DNA of 55,005 nt from a virus (IMGVR_UViG_3300048113_000456:1-55005); one strand, 5' to 3'; counted from the first letter of the stretch, positions 39,954 to 49,158 are shown. Notes: generated by a model not told the origin, from the letters alone. Translations and numbers: made by a program.

Positions 39954-41906
39954 TTAAGAGTCAGCTGAGTTTGCGATAGCAACAGATGGCTCATGGCCAT
40001 TTCCGCCAGCTACTAACTCTGCGAAACCTAAAGACTGAGTAGCAACGATAACACGACGTTGGTTCATTACTTCATAGTCTTGCTCAACAGATACACCGCG
40101 TAAACGTGGAATCACGTAGTTGCGAGTGTTAACAGCGTATGCTACGTCAGTACCAGCGTCATCAGCAGGGAACTCTTCAGATACAACAACTGCTGAACCG
40201 AATACCGCACCGATTGTACCAGTAACACGTACTGCTAAATCAGAACCAACTTCATCAAGAGTTTGGAAGTTAGCGTCGTCTAGTAAGTCATAGTAACCTT
40301 TCTGAGATACAATGTAAACAACTTCTGATGGTACAAGACCATATTTACCCATTGATTGACGTGCGTCAAGCAACTTAGCAGCAGTTAGGATTGAAGTACC
40401 TAAGTCATGATTACCAGCAAGTGTAACACCAGCAGATGCAACATCAGCAAGACCAGAAATCTTACCAGATACACCGTTAAGGATAGCGTTTTCAACTGCA
40501 CGAGCGTGTGCACGAGCAACACCTTCTACAAGCATTGGCATTAAGTTAACAAGAACTTGCTCGTCTACTTCATTATCCATGAAAGTACTAGAAATCAAAC
40601 GGTGAGCCGTTAAAGTGATTTGCTTAGCATTGTATTGGTTAGCAGTAACTTGTGGATCGTTTTCTAAGTTACCAGAAGTTGCATTGGTTGCCCAAGATGC
40701 TAAACCAGTTTCTGTTTGTAGTGGTAGAATGGTAGATGCGCCATTTACTGTGATTTCACGGAATAAAGCTGCAACTTTAAGGTCACGCATGATCTCTTTT
40801 TCAATTTGCATTGAAACTTCTTGATCAATATCACCAGCGTTAGCTGCATAGTTAATACCAGCTTTTTCTTGAAGATCCATAGCGAAATCAGTGTTCATAC
40901 CTTTTTGAGTCATTACACCCAAGATATGAGCTTTCATGAATTCTTGGCCCCACTGCTTCACGTCAGACTTTTCTGCACGATCAGCGAATACTTTTTTGCT
41001 ATCACGCATTTTTTCGATTTCCTGATTTTTCTCTTCAAGTTCAACTTGTAGAGCTTTTTGAGCTTCTTCAAGCTCTGCTTGTTTTTCTGCCATTTTAGCT
41101 TCAACGTCTGCTAAGATAGCTGCTTTTTCTGCTTCTAAAGCTGCTTTTTGAGCTTCTTCTGCTTGTGCTTTTTCTAAAGCTGCTTTTTCAGCTGCTTTTT
41201 CTTTCGCTTGTTCCATTTTGATTTGAGCTGCAGTATCAGCCGCAACTTTCTTCGCAAATGCTTCCAAGTCGATTTCTGGAGTTTTATTTACTTCAGACAT
41301 GTTTTTCTCCTGTTCGATAGTCTCTTTGACTATATTACTTTGTGTTTCATCGGATTCTTCGGAAGTAATAACTTCTTCCGAGTCTTTTTCAACACTGTTA
41401 ATTAAAGATTTTTTAAACTCTTCGTACTCAGAAACTGAGTCAAAAGACTTTGCTAGTGAGAAAGTGGCTGCTTGATTACAAGGAACGGAAACAACCGAAA
41501 CTTCAAACAACTCAGCATCCTTTACCATTATTCCATCGGTTTCCTTTATATAATCAGCATCCTTGACTCGAAAACCGACGGAAAATGCGCCGAGGATACC
41601 TTCTTTAACTAGTTGAGCTACGTGATCTGGTGCAGATTTAGAAATTTTAGCTTCCATCTCCAAACCGTTTTGCGTAACTTTTAACTTCGTTGCACGACCA
41701 ATAGGCTTATTATAATCGTGATTGAAAAGAATAATAGGATTCTTTTCAAAGTTATTTAAACCACCTTTTGCCCAAGCCTCTGCTGGAATCTGATCTCCGG
41801 CGCGGTCAAAGTCAGCGGTACTTGCCATACCACGAACTAAGATGCTACCGTCATCGGACTCATCGAAAGCTTTGAGCGTAGATGTTAGATTGAAAATCTT
41901 TTCCAT
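39954..41906 (-). CDS. HK97-type prohead protease fused in frame to the major capsid protein (internal capsid start at 41300)
   Basis: Protease motifs LFNHD..KPIG, FSVGF, EVSVVSVPCN; coiled-coil delta domain; HK97 capsid C-terminal region; AGGAG RBS before Met203. Confidence 0.9.
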   Translation of the reverse strand: MEKIFNLTSTLKAFDESDDGSILVRGMASTADFDRAGDQIPAEAWAKGGLNNFEKNPIILFNHDYNKPIGRATKLKVTQNGLEMEAKISKSAPDHVAQLVKEGILGAFSVGFRVKDADYIKETDGIMVKDAELFEVSVVSVPCNQAATFSLAKSFDSVSEYEEFKKSLINSVEKDSEEVITSEESDETQSNIVKETIEQEKNMSEVNKTPEIDLEAFAKKVAADTAAQIKMEQAKEKAAEKAALEKAQAEEAQKAALEAEKAAILADVEAKMAEKQAELEEAQKALQVELEEKNQEIEKMRDSKKVFADRAEKSDVKQWGQEFMKAHILGVMTQKGMNTDFAMDLQEKAGINYAANAGDIDQEVSMQIEKEIMRDLKVAALFREITVNGASTILPLQTETGLASWATNATSGNLENDPQVTANQYNAKQITLTAHRLISSTFMDNEVDEQVLVNLMPMLVEGVARAHARAVENAILNGVSGKISGLADVASAGVTLAGNHDLGTSILTAAKLLDARQSMGKYGLVPSEVVYIVSQKGYYDLLDDANFQTLDEVGSDLAVRVTGTIGAVFGSAVVVSEEFPADDAGTDVAYAVNTRNYVIPRLRGVSVEQDYEVMNQRRVIVATQSLGFAELVAGGNGHEPSVAIANSADS

Positions 41907-41907
41907 C

Positions 41908-42243
41908 TTATTTCTCTTTTTTAACTACTGGCTGGGGCTTTGGCTTTGGCGCTACCTTTGCAGGCGCTGGCTTAGCTTTTGGCTCAGCAGGCTTAGGGGC
42001 AGGCTTAGGTGCCGCCTTTGGTTTAGGGGCATGAATTTTTGCCCATAATTCCGGCTCTTGTGTTTGCATTGCATTAAGTAACGCACCCCAAGCTCCAAAA
42101 TAACAAGTTAACTGAGAAATGCGTACTGGTGCATTTTCAATACTACCGTAATCTCTTCGATTCTCAGGTACTCGACCTATTTCTAGAAAAAACTCTGCTA
42201 GAGTCTTTACGATAGCTTTACGTTGTCTTAAACGAATTGCCAT
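41908..42243 (-). CDS. small basic protein with a homing-endonuclease-associated-repeat-like domain and a Pro/Lys/Ala tail
   Basis: LAEFFLEIGRVP...Y...YFGAWGALL followed by PKPKAAPKPAPKP. Confidence 0.55.
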   Translation of the reverse strand: MAIRLRQRKAIVKTLAEFFLEIGRVPENRRDYGSIENAPVRISQLTCYFGAWGALLNAMQTQEPELWAKIHAPKPKAAPKPAPKPAEPKAKPAPAKVAPKPKPQPVVKKEK

Positions 42244-43442
42244 TATTGTTCTCCTTCTCCGCCTGTGTCTTCTACCGGTCGACCCCCTTCATCAGGATTA
42301 GCTGCCGACCCAGCAATATTTGCAGGCACTCTTAATTCGTCGTGTCCTTCAATAGGATCAAATCCTAGTGCAAGACGTGCCTCGTTAGGCGATATAATTC
42401 CTGTATTGACCAGTGCTGAATAGTACTGTGATTGATCACGTAGTTCAGGTTGTAGGGCAGGAATATCTGTTGCATCTTCTTTTAGTTCAAAACCAAAAAA
42501 GCGTTCTAAGCCTTCGTTTAGTTTTCTAACGATAGGTAAAACAGTTTCTAAATAATAAAGTCTCATGTTAGGACGTAAGTTCGCATTATTACCAGAATCT
42601 AGTAAAATTGGAGGAACGCCTAAGGCCTTTAAGATAATTTTTTCGTTGTCTGCTATTGAAGATTGAAAGTCTAACTCTTTAAAGTTTACATTAGAAATAC
42701 TATCAATCTCAATTCCACCATCTAAAATAAGTGGACGTCTACCGCCGCCGGTAGGGTTATAACGCATAGACCATGATTGGATCATACGTTCTTTAATTTT
42801 TTCAGATAAAGTATTAGGAGACTTTAAAACAAGTCCTGGAACTGCACCGTTTTTAAAGAAGTTGTCTTGAAATTCTCGCATACGCATCATAAGAATCATT
42901 GTACGTAATGCAGGTTTTAATCTAGAAATACCTCGATATATTGAATAAAAAGAGTTTTCTTTTACGTGTATAATTTCTTCGGTAGAAAACTTAATTCGTT
43001 CTTTAAATGTATAGTGGCTAATATAAGTTTCTTCATCTGCATGAATAATCATGTGTTGTGCAGGAAGATGGTAAAGATGTGCGCCGTCAAAGTAAATAAA
43101 TATGTTTCCATCAATCATAAAGTCAGTAATAAGGTTACGACGGAAAGTACTAATATCTTGATAAGGGTTTGGCTCCTGATTAAGAAGTACATTTACTTTT
43201 GAACGTTTAATTCCTTTTACAATATTAAAGTTACCTGTAATAGGATCGCCTACTTTAGTTTTAATCTCTGAAACATCATCTACAATCATGTTTACACCGC
43301 GATTTACTATTTCAAGCTGTTCGTATGCTTGTTCATACTTAAAAGTAGACTCACGACTAGATTCAATTTTATGGTCGTAAAAAGGTTGAGCAGGATTTGC
43401 TTTTTCTTCCTCTTTACCAAATATTTTGTTAATCCAGCCCAT
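42243..43442 (-). CDS. portal protein (HK97 family)
   Basis: LLNQEPNPYQ, DGNIF, FFKNGAVPG, ALGVPPILL, ISPNEAR motifs. Confidence 0.93.
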   Translation of the reverse strand: MGWINKIFGKEEEKANPAQPFYDHKIESSRESTFKYEQAYEQLEIVNRGVNMIVDDVSEIKTKVGDPITGNFNIVKGIKRSKVNVLLNQEPNPYQDISTFRRNLITDFMIDGNIFIYFDGAHLYHLPAQHMIIHADEETYISHYTFKERIKFSTEEIIHVKENSFYSIYRGISRLKPALRTMILMMRMREFQDNFFKNGAVPGLVLKSPNTLSEKIKERMIQSWSMRYNPTGGGRRPLILDGGIEIDSISNVNFKELDFQSSIADNEKIILKALGVPPILLDSGNNANLRPNMRLYYLETVLPIVRKLNEGLERFFGFELKEDATDIPALQPELRDQSQYYSALVNTGIISPNEARLALGFDPIEGHDELRVPANIAGSAANPDEGGRPVEDTGGEGEQ

Positions 43443-43812
43443 TTTTCTCTCTTTGAATACCTACCCATCGCATTTGCTTTTTAGCAGTACCTAGACTAGG
43501 ATCTTTACCATAAATTTTATGGAGTTGTAAGTGGTGATGATGACAGAGCGTTACTGTCTCATCGTAAATCTTTCCGTGGTTATCTTCTATGAACTCATCT
43601 CTCCAGATTACGATATACTCATCTGTATAGTGTTCTGGGCGTTCTTTTTGTTTATTCTTTAACCACTCGTTTAATAAAGGTGTCATAGTGTAATAATGGT
43701 GAAAGTCTAAGTTTTCTGTCTCTCCGCATATATAACAGCTAGAGTCTTTTTCGTACTTAGATTTTGCCTTATCTCGTATGTATTTTATTTTGTCCCTTTT
43801 TAACTTAGACAT
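43429..43812 (-). CDS. HNH-type nicking endonuclease
   Basis: CYIC...LDFHH...TLCHHHH..LH; between terminase and portal as in T5. Confidence 0.8.
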   Translation of the reverse strand: MSKLKRDKIKYIRDKAKSKYEKDSSCYICGETENLDFHHYYTMTPLLNEWLKNKQKERPEHYTDEYIVIWRDEFIEDNHGKIYDETVTLCHHHHLQLHKIYGKDPSLGTAKKQMRWVGIQREKNGLD

Positions 43813-43839
43813 TTCTTTTCGTCCTTTATTTATATGAGA

Positions 43840-43868
43840 ATTATAACGTGGGGGAGTTGATAAGTCAA
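43840..43868 (-). promoter_or_regulatory. sigma70-type late promoter
   Basis: TTGACT-17-TATAAT. Confidence 0.8.
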
Positions 43869-43890
43869 CAACTATTTTTTAGACCCCTAA

Positions 43891-45195
43891 TTAAAACCCG
43901 GTGTTACTAGTTTCAAAAGAATAGATTGCATATCGTAAAGCATCAGCCATATGCGATGCTCGATTGTGTTTAGGCTTTTCTTTTGCAAGGTTTGGATTTG
44001 GATCCCATTGATACTGATCTAAACAGGCCATTGTTTCTGCACATCTTTGATCTACGAGTAGAGTTTCATTATCTACTACCGCGGCTACTTTGGCTATACC
44101 ATCTAAAACCGACTTTTTAGCATTGATAGTAGAAATATCGTATTGCTGTGCAAAATCAAATCGAGTCTGTGCTGCTGCGGAATCAATGTAGATATAATCA
44201 ATATCCCATTTATCTATCATATGCTGTATTTCTTCAGCATGTTTTTCTGTTGTTTTTTCCGAGTCGTAATACTCGTCTAAAACATAATAAAGTTCCTCAT
44301 CCCAGTCGTACCCAATAACACAGAAAGCAGTAGGATCGCGATAACCCACATCGAGCCCAGCAAATATGTCCATGCCTCTAGTGTTAATTTCTTCAAAATT
44401 TCCAACACATTTTTCATGGTTAAAGTTCCAAATTTGTCCTTCGAACTGATTAAAGTCAGCTTCATATTCTTGTTTAAATTCTGCTTCGGACATACTCTTA
44501 CGAGCTTCCTCAACATCTTGTTCGGTCATTCTAGGATTATCTTTGTAAGTGGCTTTTATAGAACACCACTCAGGAAAGTCATCGTCGAAACCTCTATCAA
44601 AAAATTCGGCAAACCAGTTATTACGGCCCCGAGGTGTAGAGATAAAGATGGCTTTGGAGCCAGGCTTGTCAAGTGTAGGACGCAAGGCCACGTTAAAGGC
44701 ATCTTTACCGTTTGCTAACGCTGCTTCATCAAAAATTATCAAATCGTAAGATCGACCAACACAGGAGTCTACCTGACTCACAGAGCCCATCCTAACAGTG
44801 CTACCATTGCCCATCTCTATTACCTTGTCTTTAGCGTTATCTCGTTTAACTTCTAATTCGAAGTGCTTAATGAGATTTCTTTGTAGATCGAAAGAAATTT
44901 GAGAAAGTGAGTAATTAGGTGACATTATTAGAATATTGGAATTAGGAACTAGAGAAACTAGTTGCCCAATAATATTTGCTATATACGTTTTGCCTTGTCG
45001 TCGTGAAAGAGCTCCACAGACAAAACGGTATTTAGGATTGTTTACAGCATTTAGTAAAGCAATTTGAGATGGGAGAGGGTCGATATTTAATAAGTTTAAG
45101 TACTCTGAGGAGTCTAACTTAAGAAAACGACTATCTTTTTGGTATTCGCAAAGATAGTCGCTAATAACATCGCTTCGGCTAATTGTTAAAGCCAT
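43891..45195 (-). CDS. terL: terminase large subunit
   Basis: SRRQGKT, IIFDEAA, ISTPRG, GLDVGYRDP, HMADALRY motifs. Confidence 0.95.
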   Translation of the reverse strand: MALTISRSDVISDYLCEYQKDSRFLKLDSSEYLNLLNIDPLPSQIALLNAVNNPKYRFVCGALSRRQGKTYIANIIGQLVSLVPNSNILIMSPNYSLSQISFDLQRNLIKHFELEVKRDNAKDKVIEMGNGSTVRMGSVSQVDSCVGRSYDLIIFDEAALANGKDAFNVALRPTLDKPGSKAIFISTPRGRNNWFAEFFDRGFDDDFPEWCSIKATYKDNPRMTEQDVEEARKSMSEAEFKQEYEADFNQFEGQIWNFNHEKCVGNFEEINTRGMDIFAGLDVGYRDPTAFCVIGYDWDEELYYVLDEYYDSEKTTEKHAEEIQHMIDKWDIDYIYIDSAAAQTRFDFAQQYDISTINAKKSVLDGIAKVAAVVDNETLLVDQRCAETMACLDQYQWDPNPNLAKEKPKHNRASHMADALRYAIYSFETSNTGF

Positions 45196-45207
45196 TTAAT
45201 AAATCCT

Positions 45208-45387
45208 TTATAGTAGTTTTGAAATAGCAGCTATAGTTGTAAGCATATAACCTTTCATTTCCATATCAAGTGCATCATCTTCTATTTCGAGTGCTGCTTG
45301 AATATCTACAAGTAGTTCATTTGCTTCTTCGCTGGTCATAGTGCCATTCTCTAAGCCTGCTTTAATTTCGTCAAGTAACTTTTCCAT
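45208..45387 (-). CDS. 59-aa hypothetical protein (absent from ORF track)
   Basis: MEKLLDEIKAGLENG...TIAAISKLL; TAATG coupling to the upstream gene; fills the gap before terL. Confidence 0.7.
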   Translation of the reverse strand: MEKLLDEIKAGLENGTMTSEEANELLVDIQAALEIEDDALDMEMKGYMLTTIAAISKLL

Positions 45388-45734
45388 TAGTATCTCCGCA
45401 TGATAGCGTTAGCTATATCTTTACTCTGCTTTTGTAATATTTTCTTTTTGATTTTACAAACAGCAGGCTTTGTGTTCATGTTCAGTGTTTCTGCTGTTTT
45501 ATACATTTTAGACACCATAGACTGTACATCTTTAGATTTTTTACTCTCTGAGTACAACTTAAATTTAAGAACTTTAAACTTAACTCGCTGTGTTGGATAA
45601 TCGCAGTTTAAAGTTTCTACTGCGTATCGCACGTCTACAGCTAACATAGATTCATTATCATCATAAAGACTTGTATCTAAGAGTTGAGAGCAGCCTGTTA
45701 GACACAAGGCTGCAATAAATACTAAATACTTCAT
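45387..45734 (-). CDS. lipoprotein
   Basis: Signal peptide with lipobox LTGC. Confidence 0.7.
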   Translation of the reverse strand: MKYLVFIAALCLTGCSQLLDTSLYDDNESMLAVDVRYAVETLNCDYPTQRVKFKVLKFKLYSESKKSKDVQSMVSKMYKTAETLNMNTKPAVCKIKKKILQKQSKDIANAIMRRY

Positions 45735-46039
45735 TTCTTACTGGTGTATGCTTGTCCGCCAAAGAAGGCTGCAACAATTGCTGCTACAGATACAAAGTAT
45801 GTAGCTGCCATATCACCAAGTATTTTAGAAGCACCGTCTAATCCTACTAGGTCGCCTAACAATACTGCGAATGGATATAGTAATAAACCAAACAGAGCAA
45901 ACCAAGTCATATTTCGCTGTGCATCTCGCATTGCGTCTTGATCTTCTAATTCTTTACGTTTAAACTCCAAATACATTTGGTGCTCTTCTGGAGTGACAAT
46001 GCCATCTCCATTAGTATCTGCTGGATGATGTTCTGACAT
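45731..46039 (-). CDS. two-TM membrane protein (holin-like) with an N-terminal EF-hand loop
   Basis: DTNGDGIVTPEE loop, two hydrophobic helices, basic C-terminus; start assumed at MSEHHP. Confidence 0.55.
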   Translation of the reverse strand: MSEHHPADTNGDGIVTPEEHQMYLEFKRKELEDQDAMRDAQRNMTWFALFGLLLYPFAVLLGDLVGLDGASKILGDMAATYFVSVAAIVAAFFGGQAYTSKK

Positions 46040-46377
46040 TACCATTTAACCTTATCTGCCCAATAAGCTGCGCTCATTTTGCCTTTTGCAATGTTTTTAC
46101 GGTGACGCGCTTTAAAAGATGCACGTTTACGTTTCATTGCTTCGCTTTCACCCTTTTTAGGCTTACCAGCAGTTTTTGCACCCTGCTGACCAAAACGAAT
46201 AGTTTTAACTTTATCCCCAACTTTAGCTACAACAATGTGTGACTTTTTAGGGTGTCCTGGAGTACGCTTAGGTTTATTATAACCAGTTACACCAGCTCTC
46301 TTTAATCTAGAGTCTTTTTTCTTACCGCCAGCCCTACGTTGTGTAGGTCCTCGACGTTTACCTTTTCTTACCGCCAC
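46039..46377 (-). CDS. highly basic hypothetical protein
   Basis: K/R-rich; IRFGQQG...SFKARH...SAAYWA. Confidence 0.7.
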   Translation of the reverse strand: MAVRKGKRRGPTQRRAGGKKKDSRLKRAGVTGYNKPKRTPGHPKKSHIVVAKVGDKVKTIRFGQQGAKTAGKPKKGESEAMKRKRASFKARHRKNIAKGKMSAAYWADKVKW

Positions 46378-46651
46378 GTCTCATTTTTCCCTTTCTGGTC
46401 TTTTTCACGTAAGTGCTGACCATCTTAGGCTTTCCGCCTGGGTTTCCTGCTCTGCGTTTGCGACGAATTGCTGATTCTTTTTGTTTTTTCGTCATACGAG
46501 CAGCCTTAGCCGCTGGTACGCATTTTGGGTATTTTTTAGAAGATGCTTTCTTTCGTCCACAAGGAGCGTAACCGCCACCTTTCTTTGGACGAGAAATGTC
46601 TACCCACTTCTCTTTAAACCATTTGGTTAAACCACCGCTAGTTTTTGCCAC
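46358..46651 (-). CDS. highly basic hypothetical protein
   Basis: GGLTKWFKEKWVD...PCGR...YPKCVP; GTG start. Confidence 0.7.
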   Translation of the reverse strand: MAKTSGGLTKWFKEKWVDISRPKKGGGYAPCGRKKASSKKYPKCVPAAKAARMTKKQKESAIRRKRRAGNPGGKPKMVSTYVKKTRKGKMRRGGKKR

Positions 46652-46745
46652 GACGTTTTTTCCTATTAGTAGAAGTTCGAGAACCTCTCTTAGGTAGTTT
46701 ACGTTTTTTAGGCTTTTTGTATTTTGTCATACAATCACACGCCAT
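46638..46745 (-). CDS. 35-aa protamine-like peptide (absent from ORF track)
   Basis: MACDCMTKYKKPKKRKLPKRGSRTSTNRKKRRGKN; TAATG coupling upstream and overlap downstream. Confidence 0.5.
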   Translation of the reverse strand: MACDCMTKYKKPKKRKLPKRGSRTSTNRKKRRGKN

Positions 46746-46945
46746 TAGTATTTACCTCCGCGAGCTTTATAAGTCTTTACCAACCAACCATTTGCATAGG
46801 CTGATGGATATACTTTAAATTTCCTCTTCGCTTCCGCTTTCACTCTCGCGTATAACTTCTTGTTCTTCGGTGTCGACTTCTTCATCTTCGACTTGCCAAC
46901 CGTAGATCGGCGCTTCTTCACCGTTTTCCGCTTCTTTACTGCCAT
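46745..46945 (-). CDS. highly basic hypothetical protein
   Basis: MAVKKRK...YPSAYANGWLVKTYKARGGKY; GGAG upstream of the ATG at 46945. Confidence 0.7.
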   Translation of the reverse strand: MAVKKRKTVKKRRSTVGKSKMKKSTPKNKKLYARVKAEAKRKFKVYPSAYANGWLVKTYKARGGKY

Positions 46946-47066
46946 GATCCATCTCCCATTCTGCACCTAGGCCTGCTGCTTTAGCAGCTTCTTCTTCGGT
47001 TTTGAATTTGTGGAGTTGCCCTTCTGCATCTCGAAAACAAAACTTTCCTCTTTTCTGATAAATCAT
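46815..47066 (-). CDS. hypothetical protein with an acidic C-terminus
   Basis: GGAGG RBS before MIYQKR; overlaps the next gene by 131 nt. Confidence 0.6.
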   Translation of the reverse strand: MIYQKRGKFCFRDAEGQLHKFKTEEEAAKAAGLGAEWEMDHGSKEAENGEEAPIYGWQVEDEEVDTEEQEVIRESESGSEEEI

Positions 47067-47067
47067 A

Positions 47068-47394
47068 CTATCCTCCAAAGAAATATACTACTATAGACCC
47101 GATGATTCCAGTCAGAGTAGTCCAAAAAATTTTATTTATACTGTTTAAAGTAACATCACCTTTGTTTAAACGCTTTTCGTGCATATCTAAACGTTCCTCA
47201 TGCTCAGCTATACTATCCACCAGTTGAGTCTTCGAAGACTCTAGGCTAAGTAGTTTTTCTTCTGCACGCGCTAATGCTACAACAGTGTCTGAAAGTTTAT
47301 CGATTTTATCTTCAATTCGATCTAGTCTTGACTGATCTTGTTGCAGATGTTCTCTTAGTAAACTTTCAATATTACTCGAATTATTCCCCGTCAT
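47068..47394 (-). CDS. coiled-coil protein with a C-terminal TM helix
   Basis: RLDRIEDKIDKLSD heptads; terminal IFWTTLTGIIGSIVVYFF. Confidence 0.7.
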   Translation of the reverse strand: MTGNNSSNIESLLREHLQQDQSRLDRIEDKIDKLSDTVVALARAEEKLLSLESSKTQLVDSIAEHEERLDMHEKRLNKGDVTLNSINKIFWTTLTGIIGSIVVYFFGG

Positions 47395-47845
47395 TTTTAA
47401 GTAATTTTTCCATCAACTTGCCATAGTTGCCTTGTCCAAACGGTAAAGATTCGTTTATCTGGACATTTGTCTGATTTTTTATTTGTGCACTTTCAGCTTT
47501 TAACAGCTCTGCTTGTGCCTTGATTTCGTCCATACGCATTTTATGTGCCATCTGTAATAAGTCAGCAAGATCTTTTGAAGAATATACGCCAGTTTCCTGG
47601 GCTTCATCTAACTTGCTTTGAATCATTTCATCTAGCAGACTACCAATGTTATTTTTATTTCTATAACCAAGATCTAGATATACAGTATCTATATACTTCT
47701 TTACTTCTCGTTTATTTAACAGAGCAACTACCTTATCTTCAGATACGCCCATGTATTCGGTAACAGCTCTGATGTTTCCGAATTGTAGATAACAATTTGC
47801 TATCTCCAGACCTTCTGGTGATATGGTTGAAATTTCCTTACTCAT
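47381..47845 (-). CDS. terS: terminase small subunit (T5-like)
   Basis: ISPEGLEIANCYLQFG helix-turn-helix-like start, SSKDLADLL, NYGKLMEKL; upstream of terL. Confidence 0.75.
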   Translation of the reverse strand: MSKEISTISPEGLEIANCYLQFGNIRAVTEYMGVSEDKVVALLNKREVKKYIDTVYLDLGYRNKNNIGSLLDEMIQSKLDEAQETGVYSSKDLADLLQMAHKMRMDEIKAQAELLKAESAQIKNQTNVQINESLPFGQGNYGKLMEKLLKNDGE

Positions 47846-47851
47846 GGTGCC

Positions 47852-47880
47852 ATTATATCCTTAGAGTTATTGTAAGTCAA
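47852..47880 (-). promoter_or_regulatory. sigma70-type promoter, probably giving a leaderless terS mRNA
   Basis: TTGACT-17-TATAAT followed by 6 nt and then ATG. Confidence 0.8.
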
Positions 47881-47898
47881 GAGTTATTTTTAAGAGGT

Positions 47899-48378
47899 CT
47901 AATTTGCTAGAGGATTGTCCAGTGCTTGCTGCAATTTTTTATTCAGACGAGATTCAAGTGCATCCATCGCTAACCTATTGTCAGAAGCTAAACTATCCCG
48001 TTTTGCATCAAATCTCTCGGCAGCTCGATCTATCATCTCACCCACTTTAGTTTCTAGCTCGCGATTGTTGTCTTCAACTCTGTCCACATTTTGCTCCATG
48101 CGATTGAAGTCATCTCGTAAATCATTTTTAATTGAGCGAGAGTAATCTACGGCTTCATCAATGCGAAGAAGTGCATCGTCAAGTTTCTGTTCAATTATTT
48201 TGTTTCTGTTTTCAATAGAAGTAGTATCTATGTTTTGGATAATTTCTTTCATATCCATGTAATCTTTATAAAACTCAAAGCCACCCCAAAGTGTGCCGCC
48301 CAAAGTAGAAAGTGCAGTAAGTACTATCATCATCTTACCGCCTTTGAAGGTCATGCCTCCAAATTCAAACTCAGCCAT
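47899..48378 (-). CDS. membrane-anchored coiled-coil protein
   Basis: N-terminal hydrophobic helix followed by heptads. Confidence 0.7.
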   Translation of the reverse strand: MAEFEFGGMTFKGGKMMIVLTALSTLGGTLWGGFEFYKDYMDMKEIIQNIDTTSIENRNKIIEQKLDDALLRIDEAVDYSRSIKNDLRDDFNRMEQNVDRVEDNNRELETKVGEMIDRAAERFDAKRDSLASDNRLAMDALESRLNKKLQQALDNPLAN

Positions 48379-48379
48379 T

Positions 48380-48784
48380 TTAGTTCTCGAATTTAAGTCG
48401 CTTTAAGTTTGCAACTTCTTGCTGAAGCTTTATTACTTCAAGTCTTTTTTTCTCCAGTTCTAGTTGGTATAACGTGTTGCAGTTAATGCGTTCTTTCGGA
48501 GCACCTATTGGTATTATTATTCTTGCGTAAACTCCAACATTTCTGTCGTTACTTCCAAGAATGTCTGTATTATTTGGAAAAAGATCGTCGTCTTCTTTAT
48601 TTATTACTCCCATTACTCCAAACTCTAAATTAGTAGAGGACCCTATTGCATTCGAACAATCGAGGGTACCTGTTCGAAATCTATCTGATTGATAGTTCGA
48701 TGGAGATGTTGGTAAGGATAGGTTTAAATTATTTCCTGCGAAGGCAGGCAACGATAGAAACAATCCTAGTAATAAGTATTTCAT
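48380..48784 (-). CDS. secreted protein
   Basis: Signal peptide (AFA); two Cys; C-terminal coiled coil. Confidence 0.7.
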   Translation of the reverse strand: MKYLLLGLFLSLPAFAGNNLNLSLPTSPSNYQSDRFRTGTLDCSNAIGSSTNLEFGVMGVINKEDDDLFPNNTDILGSNDRNVGVYARIIIPIGAPKERINCNTLYQLELEKKRLEVIKLQQEVANLKRLKFEN

Positions 48785-49158
48785 TCTTGTACTCGTGAAC
48801 AGATCCTTGATGCTATAACTGTCTGTGTTTTTTCTTTGTCTAGTATTTTACTAACAGAACAGAAGAATCGTACCTGGTTTTTATCCTCCTCTCGGATATA
48901 AATAGTTATTTGTTTGCGTTCGAGGTAAAACACAGGTACAATTCTTGACTCTGTAGCGAAAGGAAGAGCATTCCAGTTATCGTCATAAACGTTTAACTCA
49001 AAGTAGTCTACATCCTTTCGTATGTTAAAAAGTTCCATATCCACCTTTAGCACACCTTGCACGTATGAAGGTTCTAAAGTAGGATAGGTAGGCAAAAACT
49101 GGTGAGCACTAACTGGCCCACTCAGCATTGCTAATAGTAGTATTATTTTGCGATACAT
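48781..49158 (-). CDS. secreted Ig-fold / pilus-chaperone-like protein
   Basis: Signal peptide (VSA); beta-rich, ELFN...YFELNVYD; terminal Cys pair. Confidence 0.5.
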   Translation of the reverse strand: MYRKIILLLAMLSGPVSAHQFLPTYPTLEPSYVQGVLKVDMELFNIRKDVDYFELNVYDDNWNALPFATESRIVPVFYLERKQITIYIREEDKNQVRFFCSVSKILDKEKTQTVIASRICSRVQE

